Shown here piece by piece: positions 37,075 through 47,340 of a DNA stretch of 64,000 bases (position 1 is its first letter; each line of letters opens with the position of its first letter). The stretch spans positions 7,319 through 71,318 of the forward strand of contig JBDNIW010000001.1 in the NCBI GenBank assembly GCA_041688155.1. Direction: 5' to 3'. Under the pieces are notes generated by a model. It saw nothing but the letters and a program-made list of their open reading frames with translations. It made no database searches and was not told where the DNA came from. Made by a program: the position numbers and the translations under genes. Source of the DNA: Minisyncoccota bacterium. GTDB lineage: Bacteria; Patescibacteriota; Minisyncoccia; Phycocordibacterales; UBA918.

Positions 37075-37453
37075 AGCAATTATATTTGATAGTAATGTTT
37101 GGATTGGGTATTTTAACGTCAGTGACACCACGCACAAGCGGGCAGTGGCAGTGTTCGAGAAACACAGTGGACAGAGCATCATCTTAACCGAATACATTCT
37201 GCTCGAAGTAGCCACCGTACTCAAACAACAAATCGGTCCAGTAGCCACAAGCAGAATCATCACCGCTCTCCTACAGACCGACACGATTCAGGTGCTAGAA
37301 AGCGCAGCCTATTTCCAAGCAACCCTCCAACAATTTTTAACCACAAAAGAGAAACATCTATCGTTCGTAGACACATCGCTGTTGACCCTAGCGAACGATT
37401 TCACGATAGTGACGTTTGATAAAAAGCTAGCAGCTGCGCTGAGGGGTAGCTGA
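37064..37453 (+). CDS. PIN-domain toxin (VapC-like)
   Basis: IIFDSNVWI (first acidic residue), EYILLEV and FVDTSLL acidic positions are typical of PIN. The start is moved to MATKAIIFD at 37064, an 11-nt overlap with the antitoxin gene. Confidence 0.6.
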   Translation: MATKAIIFDSNVWIGYFNVSDTTHKRAVAVFEKHSGQSIILTEYILLEVATVLKQQIGPVATSRIITALLQTDTIQVLESAAYFQATLQQFLTTKEKHLSFVDTSLLTLANDFTIVTFDKKLAAALRGS

Positions 37454-37540
37454 AAATTGTGGCTGACCCTAATTATCTCTACGGGGGGGGGCTGTGTCCG
37501 GCGGAAGGACCTCCGGGTTCTTTTTGCTATACTGGGACAT

Positions 37541-38680
37541 ATGAAAAAGGTTTTGTTGGGGATTGGGTTACTAGTTTTGGTCGCTATGGTTGGGGTGTGG
37601 TACCTAGCGCCTTGGCAGTCTCCATCATTACAGACTCCAGTGTATGTTGCACCAGTTACCGAGTCTGCTGTAGAGAGTGCTGAGTCAGTCGAATCAAAAG
37701 TTGCACTTGAAGTCGTGGCTGAAGGCTTAACCGTGCCGTGGGAAGTTCTGTTTTTGCCTGACGGAGAACTGTTGGTGACTGAGCGGCCGGGTCGAGTGGT
37801 GTTGCTGCCGTCTGGTCGCCTGTATGAGGTAGCTGAGGTGTCGAGTACCGGTGAGGGTGGGCTGCTTGGAGCGGCGCTTCATCCTGATTTTGCGCGTAAC
37901 AACTGGGTGTATCTGTATCAGACGACAGAGGATGGGCTGGGATTAAAAAACAAAGTGGTGCGGTACGTGCTGACTGATGAGAGTCTGACGCGTGACCGAA
38001 TTATTTTTGATGACATCCCTGGCGCGCGGTTCCATGATGGGGGACGGATTGCGTTTGGTCCCGACGGGTACCTGTATGTGACGGTCGGCGATGCCCTGCG
38101 CGCGGACGAAGCCGCCAACCCAACCACGCTCGAAGGCACGCTGCTACGCCTGACCGACGAAGGTGAGCCAGCGCCGGGCAATCCGTTTGATACTGCCGTG
38201 TATTCCTACGGTCACCGCAACGCGCAGGGATTAGCTTGGGACCCGGCCGGCAATCTATGGAGTAGCGAGCACGGGCGGTCAGTCGGTGGCTCAGGCTACG
38301 ACGAGATCAACCTGATTACTCCGGGCAGTAACTATGGCTGGCCAGATTCAGAAGGGGAGACGGTAGCGGATGGCACTGTCGCGCCAGCCTGGCACTCGAC
38401 CGCCGACATCACCTGGGCACCTGGCGGCCTGGCGTATCACGAGGGTAGTCTATACATGCCCGGCCTGCGCGGACAGACATTATACGAAGCCGTCCTCGAT
38501 GGCACTGAAATAATCGCCTGGCACGAACACCTAGTCGGACAATACGGCCGCCTGCGCACCGTAGTAGTCAGCCCAGACGGCTACCTGTACCTGACCACCA
38601 GCAACCAAGACGGCCGTGGCGACCCAACCCCAACCGACGATAGGCTGATTCGTTTGGATCCGGCGCAGTTGGAGCGATAA
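37541..38680 (+). CDS. PQQ-dependent sugar (glucose/sorbosone) dehydrogenase, beta-propeller family, secreted
   Basis: Signal peptide MKKVLLGIGLLVLVAMVG, then GSDH-family motifs (PDGYLYVTVGD, HRNAQGLAWD, GWPDSEG). Confidence 0.65.
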   Translation: MKKVLLGIGLLVLVAMVGVWYLAPWQSPSLQTPVYVAPVTESAVESAESVESKVALEVVAEGLTVPWEVLFLPDGELLVTERPGRVVLLPSGRLYEVAEVSSTGEGGLLGAALHPDFARNNWVYLYQTTEDGLGLKNKVVRYVLTDESLTRDRIIFDDIPGARFHDGGRIAFGPDGYLYVTVGDALRADEAANPTTLEGTLLRLTDEGEPAPGNPFDTAVYSYGHRNAQGLAWDPAGNLWSSEHGRSVGGSGYDEINLITPGSNYGWPDSEGETVADGTVAPAWHSTADITWAPGGLAYHEGSLYMPGLRGQTLYEAVLDGTEIIAWHEHLVGQYGRLRTVVVSPDGYLYLTTSNQDGRGDPTPTDDRLIRLDPAQLER

Positions 38681-38698
38681 TTAAAGCATCTGAGAGGA

Positions 38699-39226
38699 CT
38701 AAATTTTAAATCTCGGTTTCCATAATTTGTACGTAGTTCTGGCGGTGGTAGCGAGTATTATCAATTCCATTAATAATGGCCCAATTGAAAGAAACACAGT
38801 GTTGTGAACAATCCATAGTGAAGTTGAAAGCATCATCATCAGTCTCATCTTGATTCCAGAAAGATAAAAAACAGCAATCGTGCCTACTACTGCGGATATA
38901 ACTGGAAGTATATCAATTAGTTCGTTGAAGGTGTAAATCCCAACTGAAATATAAATTAACAAGAACACAATAGCTGCGCCACGCACTTTCTTGTAAACAG
39001 AAATAGAATTTCTTATCCCAGTGATCAAAGACATGGCAGCAGCCGACTCAGAACCTAGTAGGTAAAAGTGCAGCGCTAGAACAAAACTCTGGATAGCTTG
39101 CCAGATGCGAAGCTGCTGGTCTTCTGCCTTTGAGAATGCATAGACCCCAGCTATAAATGCAACAAAACCAAGTCCTTGTATTAGGTATAGATTTGTAGTG
39201 AGGGTAACCAGGGTCTCTAAAACCAT
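38699..39226 (-). CDS. hypothetical integral membrane protein (5 TM helices)
   Basis: Hydrophobic throughout; 175 aa; no motif recognised. Confidence 0.4.
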   Translation of the reverse strand: MVLETLVTLTTNLYLIQGLGFVAFIAGVYAFSKAEDQQLRIWQAIQSFVLALHFYLLGSESAAAMSLITGIRNSISVYKKVRGAAIVFLLIYISVGIYTFNELIDILPVISAVVGTIAVFYLSGIKMRLMMMLSTSLWIVHNTVFLSIGPLLMELIILATTARTTYKLWKPRFKI

Positions 39227-39299
39227 ATGTAATCGAGTATAGCAGTATAGAGTGTCGTTTGGTCTAGTGCTTGCTTGGATTAATTTATTCTAAGCCTGC

Positions 39300-40076
39300 T
39301 TACTCCCTTATCAAAAACTCCTCAATCGCCTCAAACGTTTCTGGTGCAGCAAATAAATTATTGTGACCGGCGTTTTCGATGCTTACAAAAGTTTTATCGC
39401 CGGACAGACTATCGTACAACTCGCGCCCAAGGCTGTAGGGGATAAGTTGATCCTCTTTGCCGTGGATGATGTGGGTGGGGCCGGGGTAGGTAGCTAGGTT
39501 GGTGACGTTATCATACGCGTTCTCTACCAGTAGGCTGGTGGGGTAGAACCAGAAGCGTTGACTGGCTACCGCGGCTAGGTCGGTAAAGGGGGTGATCAGG
39601 AGTAATTTGGCTGGGGGAGCGAGACTGGTGTGGTACGCGGCTACGCCACCACCGATGCTTTCGCCTACGAGGGTGATGTTGGTGATGTTGTTCTGCTCTA
39701 GCCAGTCGATTACATTACGCGCGTCTTGTTTGATCAGAGTGTGGGTTGGGGTACGCGCGTCGCCACCGTAGCCGGCGTACTCGACGATGATGTAATCATA
39801 CCCCGTCTCAGCAAATAGCTGCGCGTACCCAGCCCGATCACAGGCCGAGCCAGCGTTACCGTGATACAGCACGGCCACTGGCAGGTCAGTCCCGCTGACA
39901 TACATCCGCGTCCCGTTGTGGGTGACTTTCTCTGCGCTCAGAAATGCTGGACAACTTGCAAAATCACGGGTTCCCGGCTGATACACAATCCGCTCTTGGT
40001 TCAAGGTCAGCCACGTCCCAAAGGAAATGTAAAAAACGGCAAATATTCCAACCGCGATTTTGTTTCGTCGTTGCAT
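39300..40076 (-). CDS. alpha/beta-fold hydrolase (esterase/lipase-like), membrane-anchored
   Basis: Nucleophile elbow GESIGG, Asp/His later (GHNNL); N-terminal TM helix; 258 aa. Confidence 0.65.
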   Translation of the reverse strand: MQRRNKIAVGIFAVFYISFGTWLTLNQERIVYQPGTRDFASCPAFLSAEKVTHNGTRMYVSGTDLPVAVLYHGNAGSACDRAGYAQLFAETGYDYIIVEYAGYGGDARTPTHTLIKQDARNVIDWLEQNNITNITLVGESIGGGVAAYHTSLAPPAKLLLITPFTDLAAVASQRFWFYPTSLLVENAYDNVTNLATYPGPTHIIHGKEDQLIPYSLGRELYDSLSGDKTFVSIENAGHNNLFAAPETFEAIEEFLIRE

Positions 40077-40150
40077 GGTGCAAGTATAGCAGGGTAGAAC
40101 GAAGAACCACCGGTAGTAAGGTCCTCCGGGTGGTTTGCTTACACTGCCAC

Positions 40151-41998
40151 CTACCCGGCGGTTTTTTGGTATTCCTTAATCGCGTCGATAAATGTATCAG
40201 CGTACTCTTTTAATTTCTTTTGGCCGACGCCAGTGATGGTTGAGAACTGGGCTTTGGTCTGGGGCTGTTGATACGCCATGGCGTGTAGAGACGCATCGCC
40301 AAACACCACAAACGCTGGGACACCGCGCTCGTCGGCGATACGCTTGCGTAAGTTTCTTAGCATGGCAAAACATGCCTCATCGGTTTCGATGTCGGTAACC
40401 CCAATCGCTTTTCTGGATTGTTTGCGAGGCTTGCTGGTCCTGGTTGGAGCGGGGTCAGCATCAGTTAGGAGCATGTCGTCTTGGACGCGCGGGAGCTGCA
40501 GTGTGGCCTTGTTGATTAAAAAGTCAGCCCCCAGTTTACTCACCGCAAAGGTTGGGTAGTCACCAACGTTTTTGCGGATATAGCCGATGGCGAGTAGCTG
40601 CATAAACACTTCGTTCAAGACACTCTCTGGCAGGTCGCCCGCGATACCCCAGACCGAGAGAGTGTCGTGGTTGTAGTCGAGGACTTTTTGTTCTTTGGAA
40701 CCACGTAGGACTTTGACCACATGCGCGCGCCCAAACCGGCCACCAGTTTTGATGATGCCAGACAATATTTTTTGCGTAACCTCGGTTGCATCGACCGTGT
40801 CGCTGCTGGATTTGCAGACGTCACATGTCTCACAGGTCGTAATGGTTGGCTGCTCGCCAAAGTAACTGATCAGGTTGACCCACCGACACGATCGCCCCTC
40901 GGCATAGTTCATCACCTCGCGGATACCGTCGAGTTCTTTTTGCTTTTCAATTTCATCTGACACCATACCGAGGAAATAATCCAGCTTGATTTTGTCGCCC
41001 GCTGAGTACAGCAGCACACACTCACTGCGCAGACCGTCACGACCAGCGCGACCGATTTCTTGGTAGTAGCCCTCGAGGGTTTTGGGAAAGGTGCGGTGGA
41101 TGACCAGACGCACATCTGGTTTGTCGATCCCCATGCCAAACGCGGTCGTAGCGGTGATGACGTTGATCCGGTCATGGATAAAGTCATCTTGCCGAGCGGC
41201 GCGCTTGTCTGACTCGAGTCCAGCGTGGTATGCGCCGGCGGAAAAACCTTCGGCTTGCAACGTCTCTGCCAGCGCCTCGGTGTCTTTGCGGGAGAAGCAA
41301 TAGACGATGCAAGACTCATCTGGATGCTGGCGCAGTAGCGATACGATTTTTTGCACCTCGTTCTTTTTGGGGAGAACTTTGATTTCTAGGTTTTGGCGAT
41401 AGAAACTAGAGACAAATATTTTGGGCTTTTTCAGGTTCAGTTCACTGATGATGTCGTCGCGCACGTTTGGGGTGGCCGTCGCTGTCAGCGCAATAATCGG
41501 GATGGTAGGGAAGCTGGCGCGAAAGGATTTTAGGTTACGGTAATCGGGACGGAAGTCGTGCCCCCACTGCGAGATGCAGTGCGCTTCGTCGATGGCGAGG
41601 GCCTTGATGTCGCAGGTCTTGAGCCAGTCAATCATACCCGGCACCGATAGTCGCTCGGGCGCCATGTACACCAGCTGGTATTTCCCAGCTACCGCGCCGT
41701 CCATCCGCTGACGCAATTCAGCCCCATCGACCGACGAGTTCAAAAACGTCGCTTTGACGCCGTTGGCGGTCAATGCATCCACTTGGTCTTTCATCAGAGA
41801 AATCAGCGGCGAGATCACAATCGTCGTGCCGCCAAGCAGCAGGGCTGGAAGTTGAAAGCATAAAGATTTTCCACCACCGGTTGGCATCAGCACTACGGTA
41901 TCGCGTCCAGATAGAAATTCAGCAATGACCGCTTCCTGTAGCGGCCGAAAAGCGGTGTAGCCAAAGTGCTTTTTTAATGTTTCCAGATAGTCGGCCAT
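40151..41998 (-). CDS. recQ: ATP-dependent DNA helicase RecQ
   Basis: DEAH box (DEAHCISQWGHDFRPDY), helicase motifs I-VI, zinc-binding Cys cluster, RQC and C-terminal HRDC domain; 615 aa. Confidence 0.9.
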   Translation of the reverse strand: MADYLETLKKHFGYTAFRPLQEAVIAEFLSGRDTVVLMPTGGGKSLCFQLPALLLGGTTIVISPLISLMKDQVDALTANGVKATFLNSSVDGAELRQRMDGAVAGKYQLVYMAPERLSVPGMIDWLKTCDIKALAIDEAHCISQWGHDFRPDYRNLKSFRASFPTIPIIALTATATPNVRDDIISELNLKKPKIFVSSFYRQNLEIKVLPKKNEVQKIVSLLRQHPDESCIVYCFSRKDTEALAETLQAEGFSAGAYHAGLESDKRAARQDDFIHDRINVITATTAFGMGIDKPDVRLVIHRTFPKTLEGYYQEIGRAGRDGLRSECVLLYSAGDKIKLDYFLGMVSDEIEKQKELDGIREVMNYAEGRSCRWVNLISYFGEQPTITTCETCDVCKSSSDTVDATEVTQKILSGIIKTGGRFGRAHVVKVLRGSKEQKVLDYNHDTLSVWGIAGDLPESVLNEVFMQLLAIGYIRKNVGDYPTFAVSKLGADFLINKATLQLPRVQDDMLLTDADPAPTRTSKPRKQSRKAIGVTDIETDEACFAMLRNLRKRIADERGVPAFVVFGDASLHAMAYQQPQTKAQFSTITGVGQKKLKEYADTFIDAIKEYQKTAG

Positions 41999-42151
41999 AT
42001 AGTAGCGCTATAGTACCAAGAAACTGAGCGGAAGACTGGTGTCTCCCTGACAACTCGCTGCAAATAGAATCTTACCTAGGCCTTGCCTAGACAGAAATAG
42101 AGGGCTGCGACTGTAGTTACACTCAAAGAGCAAAGCGAGTTGCTTGGTTGT

Positions 42152-44089
42152 TTAATAGTTCAGGCCAAAGTAGCGAGGGAACAATACTTCGCTGTCGTCA
42201 GTGGTAACACCAGTGGCGGTAATCGGTAACTGTTCAATATTGGCTGGCCAGGGCAGGGGTAGGGTGCCGGTAAATTCCTTTGCTCCAAACAGCACGTCTG
42301 CCACGCCAGCGCCCTCGCTACCAGGTAGCCAGGCGACTACCAGTGCATCCCAGTCGGCCATCTCCTTGGTAATAATCAGTGGTCGACCGGTGACCAAAAT
42401 CACAATCACGGAATCACTGGTTTGCTGCAGGTTTTTGATAGTTGCAAGGTCTTCTGCACTGAGGGTGGGGGATGGGTTGTCGCCCCAGCCTTCGGCGTAG
42501 GGGGATTCGCCGACTACCGCAATACCAATCTGGGCTCGGGGAGTGTCAGCGGCAAATTGTCCAGCTTCGTTGTATGCAATTATGGTCTGGGCCCCCGCTA
42601 CCTGGGTGATCCCAGCTAGAATTGAAGTAGAGTTCGGTGTCCAGTTGCCGTCGACCCCTTGCCACTCCATACTCCAGGCGCCCATTTGCACACCGACGTT
42701 ATTCGCTGCGCTACCGGCCACGTTAATTCTTTTGATTGAAGAGTTCAGTGGCAGTACGTTATTTCCATTTTTGAGGAGTACGAGCGATTGCGCAACAGCG
42801 GCGCGCGCCAGTGCGCGATGCTGTTCCTGCACGTTGTCGGTCATTGCTACCACCGCTGGTTCGCCGTCAAACAACCCAAGGGAAAACTTGGCGTACAAAA
42901 TCCGACTGACCGCGTCATCAATTCGCTTATCAGAAATGAGACCGAGGCGATTTGCCCACAACATGTGTCGCTGGAACGCCACGTAGTCAAACGGCAACAT
43001 CACCATATCGACCCCCGCGTTGATTGCGGTAACGGTCGACCAAAAATCATTACGTCGTCCCTCATGAACCCCGTACCAGTCAGACACCAAAAAGCCCTTA
43101 AAACCTAGTTGTCCTTTCAGTACATCAGTCAGCAAGTACTTTTGTCGCGCGGTGCGTTCATCGCCCCAGGTATTGAGTCCGACCATTACACTCAGCGCTC
43201 CGGCCTCTATCGCCGCTTGAAACGGTGGTAGGTAGTCTGTCTGTAGCAGCGTATCGTTGGCCATGGTCACACCTTGATCTATCCTAAAGTTCTCGTTGTG
43301 TGAAGTGTCCCAACCCATGGCACCTAGGCCCGCGAAGTGTTTGGGCGTGGCGAGTACTTGCAGCCGTTGATTATTTTCGCCGGACGCTGATTGCAACCCT
43401 TCTACGTACGCGGCACCGAGCTCGGCTACGAGTGTCGGGTCATCAGAAAACGTTTCGTACACCCGACCCCAACGGATATCTTGGGGTGCATCAAGGGTTG
43501 GTGCAAAATTCCAATTGACTCCCGTGGCAGTCATCTCGGCTGCGGTTGCCGCTGCAACCTGGCGCACCAATGCAGCATTTCCAGCGGCCCCAAACCCAAT
43601 CGCATGGGGGAACACCGTAGCGCCAGTCACGTGGGCATGCCCATGGATGGCGTCTGACCCATAGAGTAGGGGGATGCCAAGTCTTGATGACGCCGCTATC
43701 AGCTGGTACTCAGCAATCATTTGCTTCCAGCCAGCCAAGGTATTGTCAGCCGGTTTGGCACCAGAGCCACTCAAAAGTGCACCCAGCCCGTAGTCACTGA
43801 TATCACCGACAGTCTTCAGACTATTTTTCTCGACCAATGTCATCTGCCCAATTTTTTCTTCGAGGGTCATGAATGACAGGAGGTTGGCAACGCGGTCTTT
43901 ATTTGGGAGGGCCGCGTCTAGGTACGGTGCATCGGGTGGAACTGGTGTCAGAGGTGCCCGATCAAAATAACTAGTATTCATAAAAATATATCCCAGCGCC
44001 ACTACCACTATGGCCAGTAGTGCGAGGTACCCCATGGGGTAGCGGTTAGTGAGGTTAGTACCAATAGTCATTTGATTAGTATATAGCAC
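42152..44089 (-). CDS. glycoside hydrolase family 3 protein (beta-glucosidase / beta-hexosaminidase-like), membrane-anchored
   Basis: GH3 N-terminal domain motifs (GIPLLYGSDAIHG, KHFAGLG, GFKGFLVSDW) plus the GH3 C-terminal domain; N-terminal TM helix; 645 aa. Confidence 0.8.
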   Translation of the reverse strand: MLYTNQMTIGTNLTNRYPMGYLALLAIVVVALGYIFMNTSYFDRAPLTPVPPDAPYLDAALPNKDRVANLLSFMTLEEKIGQMTLVEKNSLKTVGDISDYGLGALLSGSGAKPADNTLAGWKQMIAEYQLIAASSRLGIPLLYGSDAIHGHAHVTGATVFPHAIGFGAAGNAALVRQVAAATAAEMTATGVNWNFAPTLDAPQDIRWGRVYETFSDDPTLVAELGAAYVEGLQSASGENNQRLQVLATPKHFAGLGAMGWDTSHNENFRIDQGVTMANDTLLQTDYLPPFQAAIEAGALSVMVGLNTWGDERTARQKYLLTDVLKGQLGFKGFLVSDWYGVHEGRRNDFWSTVTAINAGVDMVMLPFDYVAFQRHMLWANRLGLISDKRIDDAVSRILYAKFSLGLFDGEPAVVAMTDNVQEQHRALARAAVAQSLVLLKNGNNVLPLNSSIKRINVAGSAANNVGVQMGAWSMEWQGVDGNWTPNSTSILAGITQVAGAQTIIAYNEAGQFAADTPRAQIGIAVVGESPYAEGWGDNPSPTLSAEDLATIKNLQQTSDSVIVILVTGRPLIITKEMADWDALVVAWLPGSEGAGVADVLFGAKEFTGTLPLPWPANIEQLPITATGVTTDDSEVLFPRYFGLNY

Positions 44090-44171
44090 CTATATAATGA
44101 ATCACGTGACAACCGTGGCTGATTAGTGTTAGGGTGAGGATAGGAGTTACTCGACTAATACATCTAGAATT

Positions 44172-44831
44172 ATGTCAAAACCAATCACACTATATTCACT
44201 AGCGACCCCCAACGGTCAAAAAGTATCAATTGCCCTAGAGGAAATGGGGCTAGCGTACGACGCAATCAAAATCGATATCACCAAAGACGAGCAGTTTGAT
44301 CCCGCCTACCTCAAACTCAACCCCAACGGCAAAATCCCGACTATCACAGACCACGAAGGACCCGAGGGTGAACCAATCTCGATTATGGAGTCAGCGGCTA
44401 TTTTGATCTACCTAGCTGAAAAATCAGGCCAGTTGCTGGCGACTGATCCGCGAGAGCGAATGGTTACGTTACAGTGGCTGTTTTTCCAGGTGGGGCACGT
44501 CGGACCAATGTTCGGTCAGTTTGGCCACTTCTACGCCCACGGCGGGAAAGACGCCTGCGATCACCCGTACCCACTTGAGCGCTATACAAAAGAAACCAAG
44601 CGCCTACTCGCTGTGCTCGAGGAGCGCCTGACAGCCAACGCCTACCTAGCCGGGCCAAACTATTCGATTGCCGACATCGCAACCTTCCCCTGGGTCGGCT
44701 GTCTTGATTGGGGATATCACGCGAGTCAGGTCCTAGACCTGCAGTCATACCCACACGTCATGGCCTGGCACCAGAAATGCAGCGAACGACCAGCCGCCAA
44801 GCGAGGTGCAGCGGTGTGCCCGTTTGATTAG
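44172..44831 (+). CDS. glutathione S-transferase family protein
   Basis: Thioredoxin-like N-terminal domain (LYSLATPNGQKVSIALEE...GKIPTI..E) and a GST C-terminal domain; 219 aa. The convergent-gene terminator hairpin lies at 44954..44983. Confidence 0.75.
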   Translation: MSKPITLYSLATPNGQKVSIALEEMGLAYDAIKIDITKDEQFDPAYLKLNPNGKIPTITDHEGPEGEPISIMESAAILIYLAEKSGQLLATDPRERMVTLQWLFFQVGHVGPMFGQFGHFYAHGGKDACDHPYPLERYTKETKRLLAVLEERLTANAYLAGPNYSIADIATFPWVGCLDWGYHASQVLDLQSYPHVMAWHQKCSERPAAKRGAAVCPFD

Positions 44832-45019
44832 AGTAGTTTAGAACGATAGTTGAACGGATCAAATATTGAAGAAGTGTAGTGTCGAACGTACCGTGCATAG
44901 GGTGGTAAGGTCTAACAATGGTGGTTGACTCTATTTACCTAAAATAATTACAGAAAAGACTCCCAACCTCGGGAGTCTTTTCTGAAAGTGGGTAGGGTTG
45001 AAGGGAATGTTTCGGTGAT

Positions 45020-45733
45020 TTACTCCAGGTACTCGAACGTATGTGCTTGAGGAGTAGATGCGCCGGCCTTCCTCAAAACAGCATTTATTGGTTGTAATGA
45101 TGCAAAAGCTGTAACTACATCTGTTTTGATATGTTTGCTATTTATGTCTGTGTCACTTAGCCCGCAGCCGATTGTGAAATCTTTGTGGCGTAGCAAATCA
45201 ATTCCGGGATGGGCAACGTCATATCCCTGGGGCGCTTTTTTAAGTTTATACGCGTCACTGAGTCCCTGTGGAAAATAGTATTCTAATGTGGGGTCAGACA
45301 ATAGTTTTTGTATTTTTTTATGGTGGGTTGCAATATATCCCCGCATAGTGTCTAGATGTAGGCGGTCGGGCATCTTGATACCTCCACCCATGAAAGATTT
45401 GTCATCGGGCGCAATCGCAAAATAATATACTGGTTCAGTTGGGTCTTTTATATCGGCTGAAATAAGTCCTGACAACGTTGTTTTATATTTAGCTTTGTTT
45501 CTAGAAAAGCGAGCGTCTCGATGCAGTCGAAATACTTTTATTGTCTCGATGCCTTTTTTATGATTACGTGCGATTGCAGTATCAAATGTTATGACTTCAT
45601 CCCGTATCTGTCCCAGCAGCTGAGTGAATTCCTGTCTCAGCACATTGTATTCATCTTTATGTTCCTCGTACCACTCTTTGTTATTGTTTTGTTTGATACC
45701 TCGCAGGAAGGTAAGTAGTTCAGAATGTATCAT
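45020..45733 (-). CDS. DUF2461 (TIGR02453) family conserved hypothetical protein
   Basis: N-terminal LTFLRGIKQNNNKEWYEEHKDEY matches the characteristic DUF2461 opening; 237 aa. Confidence 0.6.
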   Translation of the reverse strand: MIHSELLTFLRGIKQNNNKEWYEEHKDEYNVLRQEFTQLLGQIRDEVITFDTAIARNHKKGIETIKVFRLHRDARFSRNKAKYKTTLSGLISADIKDPTEPVYYFAIAPDDKSFMGGGIKMPDRLHLDTMRGYIATHHKKIQKLLSDPTLEYYFPQGLSDAYKLKKAPQGYDVAHPGIDLLRHKDFTIGCGLSDTDINSKHIKTDVVTAFASLQPINAVLRKAGASTPQAHTFEYLE

Positions 45734-45941
45734 ACGTTTTTTGTTAGCCTGGCTACCGATGTAGTGTTGCAGCTGGTGTGTAGAACTATATCAGTTTGAG
45801 GGTATAAACCCAGTCTGACTAAAAATGAGAACTTACTGACGGAGGCCTTGCCTCCGTAGGGACGCATGTGAAGTGTTTGGAAGCTGTTGCAGTTGAAGCT
45901 TTAATTGACCTGGTTGCTAAGTAGAGTGATACAATTATTTT

Positions 45942-46472
45942 ATGGGAAAAGAACAATTAAAAATAGGAGTCACAATATTAATCACGTCAATTGTAGTTGG
46001 TTTAGCTGTTTATTACTTCACTAACCCTAAGATAGGGAAAGAAAATACTGACACAAAGCAGCAACTCAGTACTTATAATCAAAGCTCCAAAGAATATGCT
46101 GTAATGAGTCGAGAGCTTTGGAGTGCGTTTTCGTGTTCTACTTGGGCTTCCCATTTTAAAGACGGAGAAGAGGCCGAAAGATTGTTCTTGTTTGGCTATG
46201 AACAGGGGGAGAAATTCCTAGGTGCCACACGTGCGGAAAAAATTACTTACGCAGATTTTCAATCAGAGGTTCCAATTGGAGTTAGTTTGTCACTAGCAGG
46301 TCCCAACAATGATTTTGTCCTTGGTGTACTTTATACAAACGCACAGGAGGACGCGTTGGAGGAAGTGTTCTACACTAATTATGATAGAAAAAAACTTAAT
46401 TCTGATGATTTACAAAAATCTATTGCAGAAAAGAAGTATCGTGAAGGAAATTGTCAGTTGATTGGAAGATAA
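45942..46472 (+). CDS. hypothetical membrane-anchored protein (low-GC islet gene 1)
   Basis: N-terminal TM helix IGVTILITSIVVGLAVYYF then a ~150-aa soluble domain; markedly AT-rich codon usage versus the neighbours. Confidence 0.5.
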   Translation: MGKEQLKIGVTILITSIVVGLAVYYFTNPKIGKENTDTKQQLSTYNQSSKEYAVMSRELWSAFSCSTWASHFKDGEEAERLFLFGYEQGEKFLGATRAEKITYADFQSEVPIGVSLSLAGPNNDFVLGVLYTNAQEDALEEVFYTNYDRKKLNSDDLQKSIAEKKYREGNCQLIGR

Positions 46473-46552
46473 AGTAGGAATGGCTCCTGACCCCATTTAT
46501 AAAGCTTCACCTAGGACTCTCTTAGGTGAAGCTATAAGAATATAATCTAACT

Positions 46553-47155
46553 ATGGAACATAAAGAACAATTTACTAAATTATTATCGGAAATAGAGAAT
46601 GACAGCTCAGTAAAAGAGTCAGTAAAAGATTGGGGAGTTGCACTGCTCAAAAAATTGATTCGTGGCACTGAAATTGTAAATCGTGAATATGATTATTATG
46701 ATAATGGTTATTACCTTGGTTATTTAATGATAGCTGCTCAAAGGATTGAAAATACACTTGTTGGACTGATTGAAAGCCTAGAAAAGTTACAAGCACAGGA
46801 AGAAGTACGGGAAGTGAAAATGCCAAAGCTTAATCGTCCACTAGGCTGTCTTGCAGATATTCTTGAAAAATATATCGAATCAGAAATTATTAAGGAATTA
46901 AGAGATTTCACAGAATTTAGAAACGAAATAGTACATAAAATTTATATTGTTCAATCTACATCGTTATCTGAAATAGAAAACTCTATCCCAAGAAGTTACG
47001 ACCAGGCTAAAATTCTTGCTTTACAGACAAAAATTATGAAGCTACAAGCTTTGGTCCTCAAAAAAATACACACCGATAGCGAAGTGTATATCGATGCAAT
47101 TGAAGCCAAGATTGACGAGGAACTTACTGATCAAGTATCACTAAAATTAAAATAA
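46553..47155 (+). CDS. hypothetical alpha-helical protein with an Rx4H (HEPN-like) motif (low-GC islet gene 2)
   Basis: EFRNEIVHKIY fits the HEPN R-x4-H(-x-x-Y) signature. Predicted all-helical, no TM; AT-rich; flanked by hairpins containing a repeated CCTAGGACT motif (46517, 47176). Confidence 0.45.
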   Translation: MEHKEQFTKLLSEIENDSSVKESVKDWGVALLKKLIRGTEIVNREYDYYDNGYYLGYLMIAAQRIENTLVGLIESLEKLQAQEEVREVKMPKLNRPLGCLADILEKYIESEIIKELRDFTEFRNEIVHKIYIVQSTSLSEIENSIPRSYDQAKILALQTKIMKLQALVLKKIHTDSEVYIDAIEAKIDEELTDQVSLKLK

Positions 47156-47340
47156 AACCCTGCTGATTCTAAGTTTCGCCTAGGACTGTACGCTTCGCCT
47201 AGGTCAAGCATTGTCATGCCTACCATACGCTCAACTTGGAGGTTGAAATAAAGTAGGTGGGTGTACGTATGAAATAACAACTAACATTGCTTGATTTGAT
47301 GTCTTGTATAATTTGCTTATAAATAGCGCTGCCACTCACT

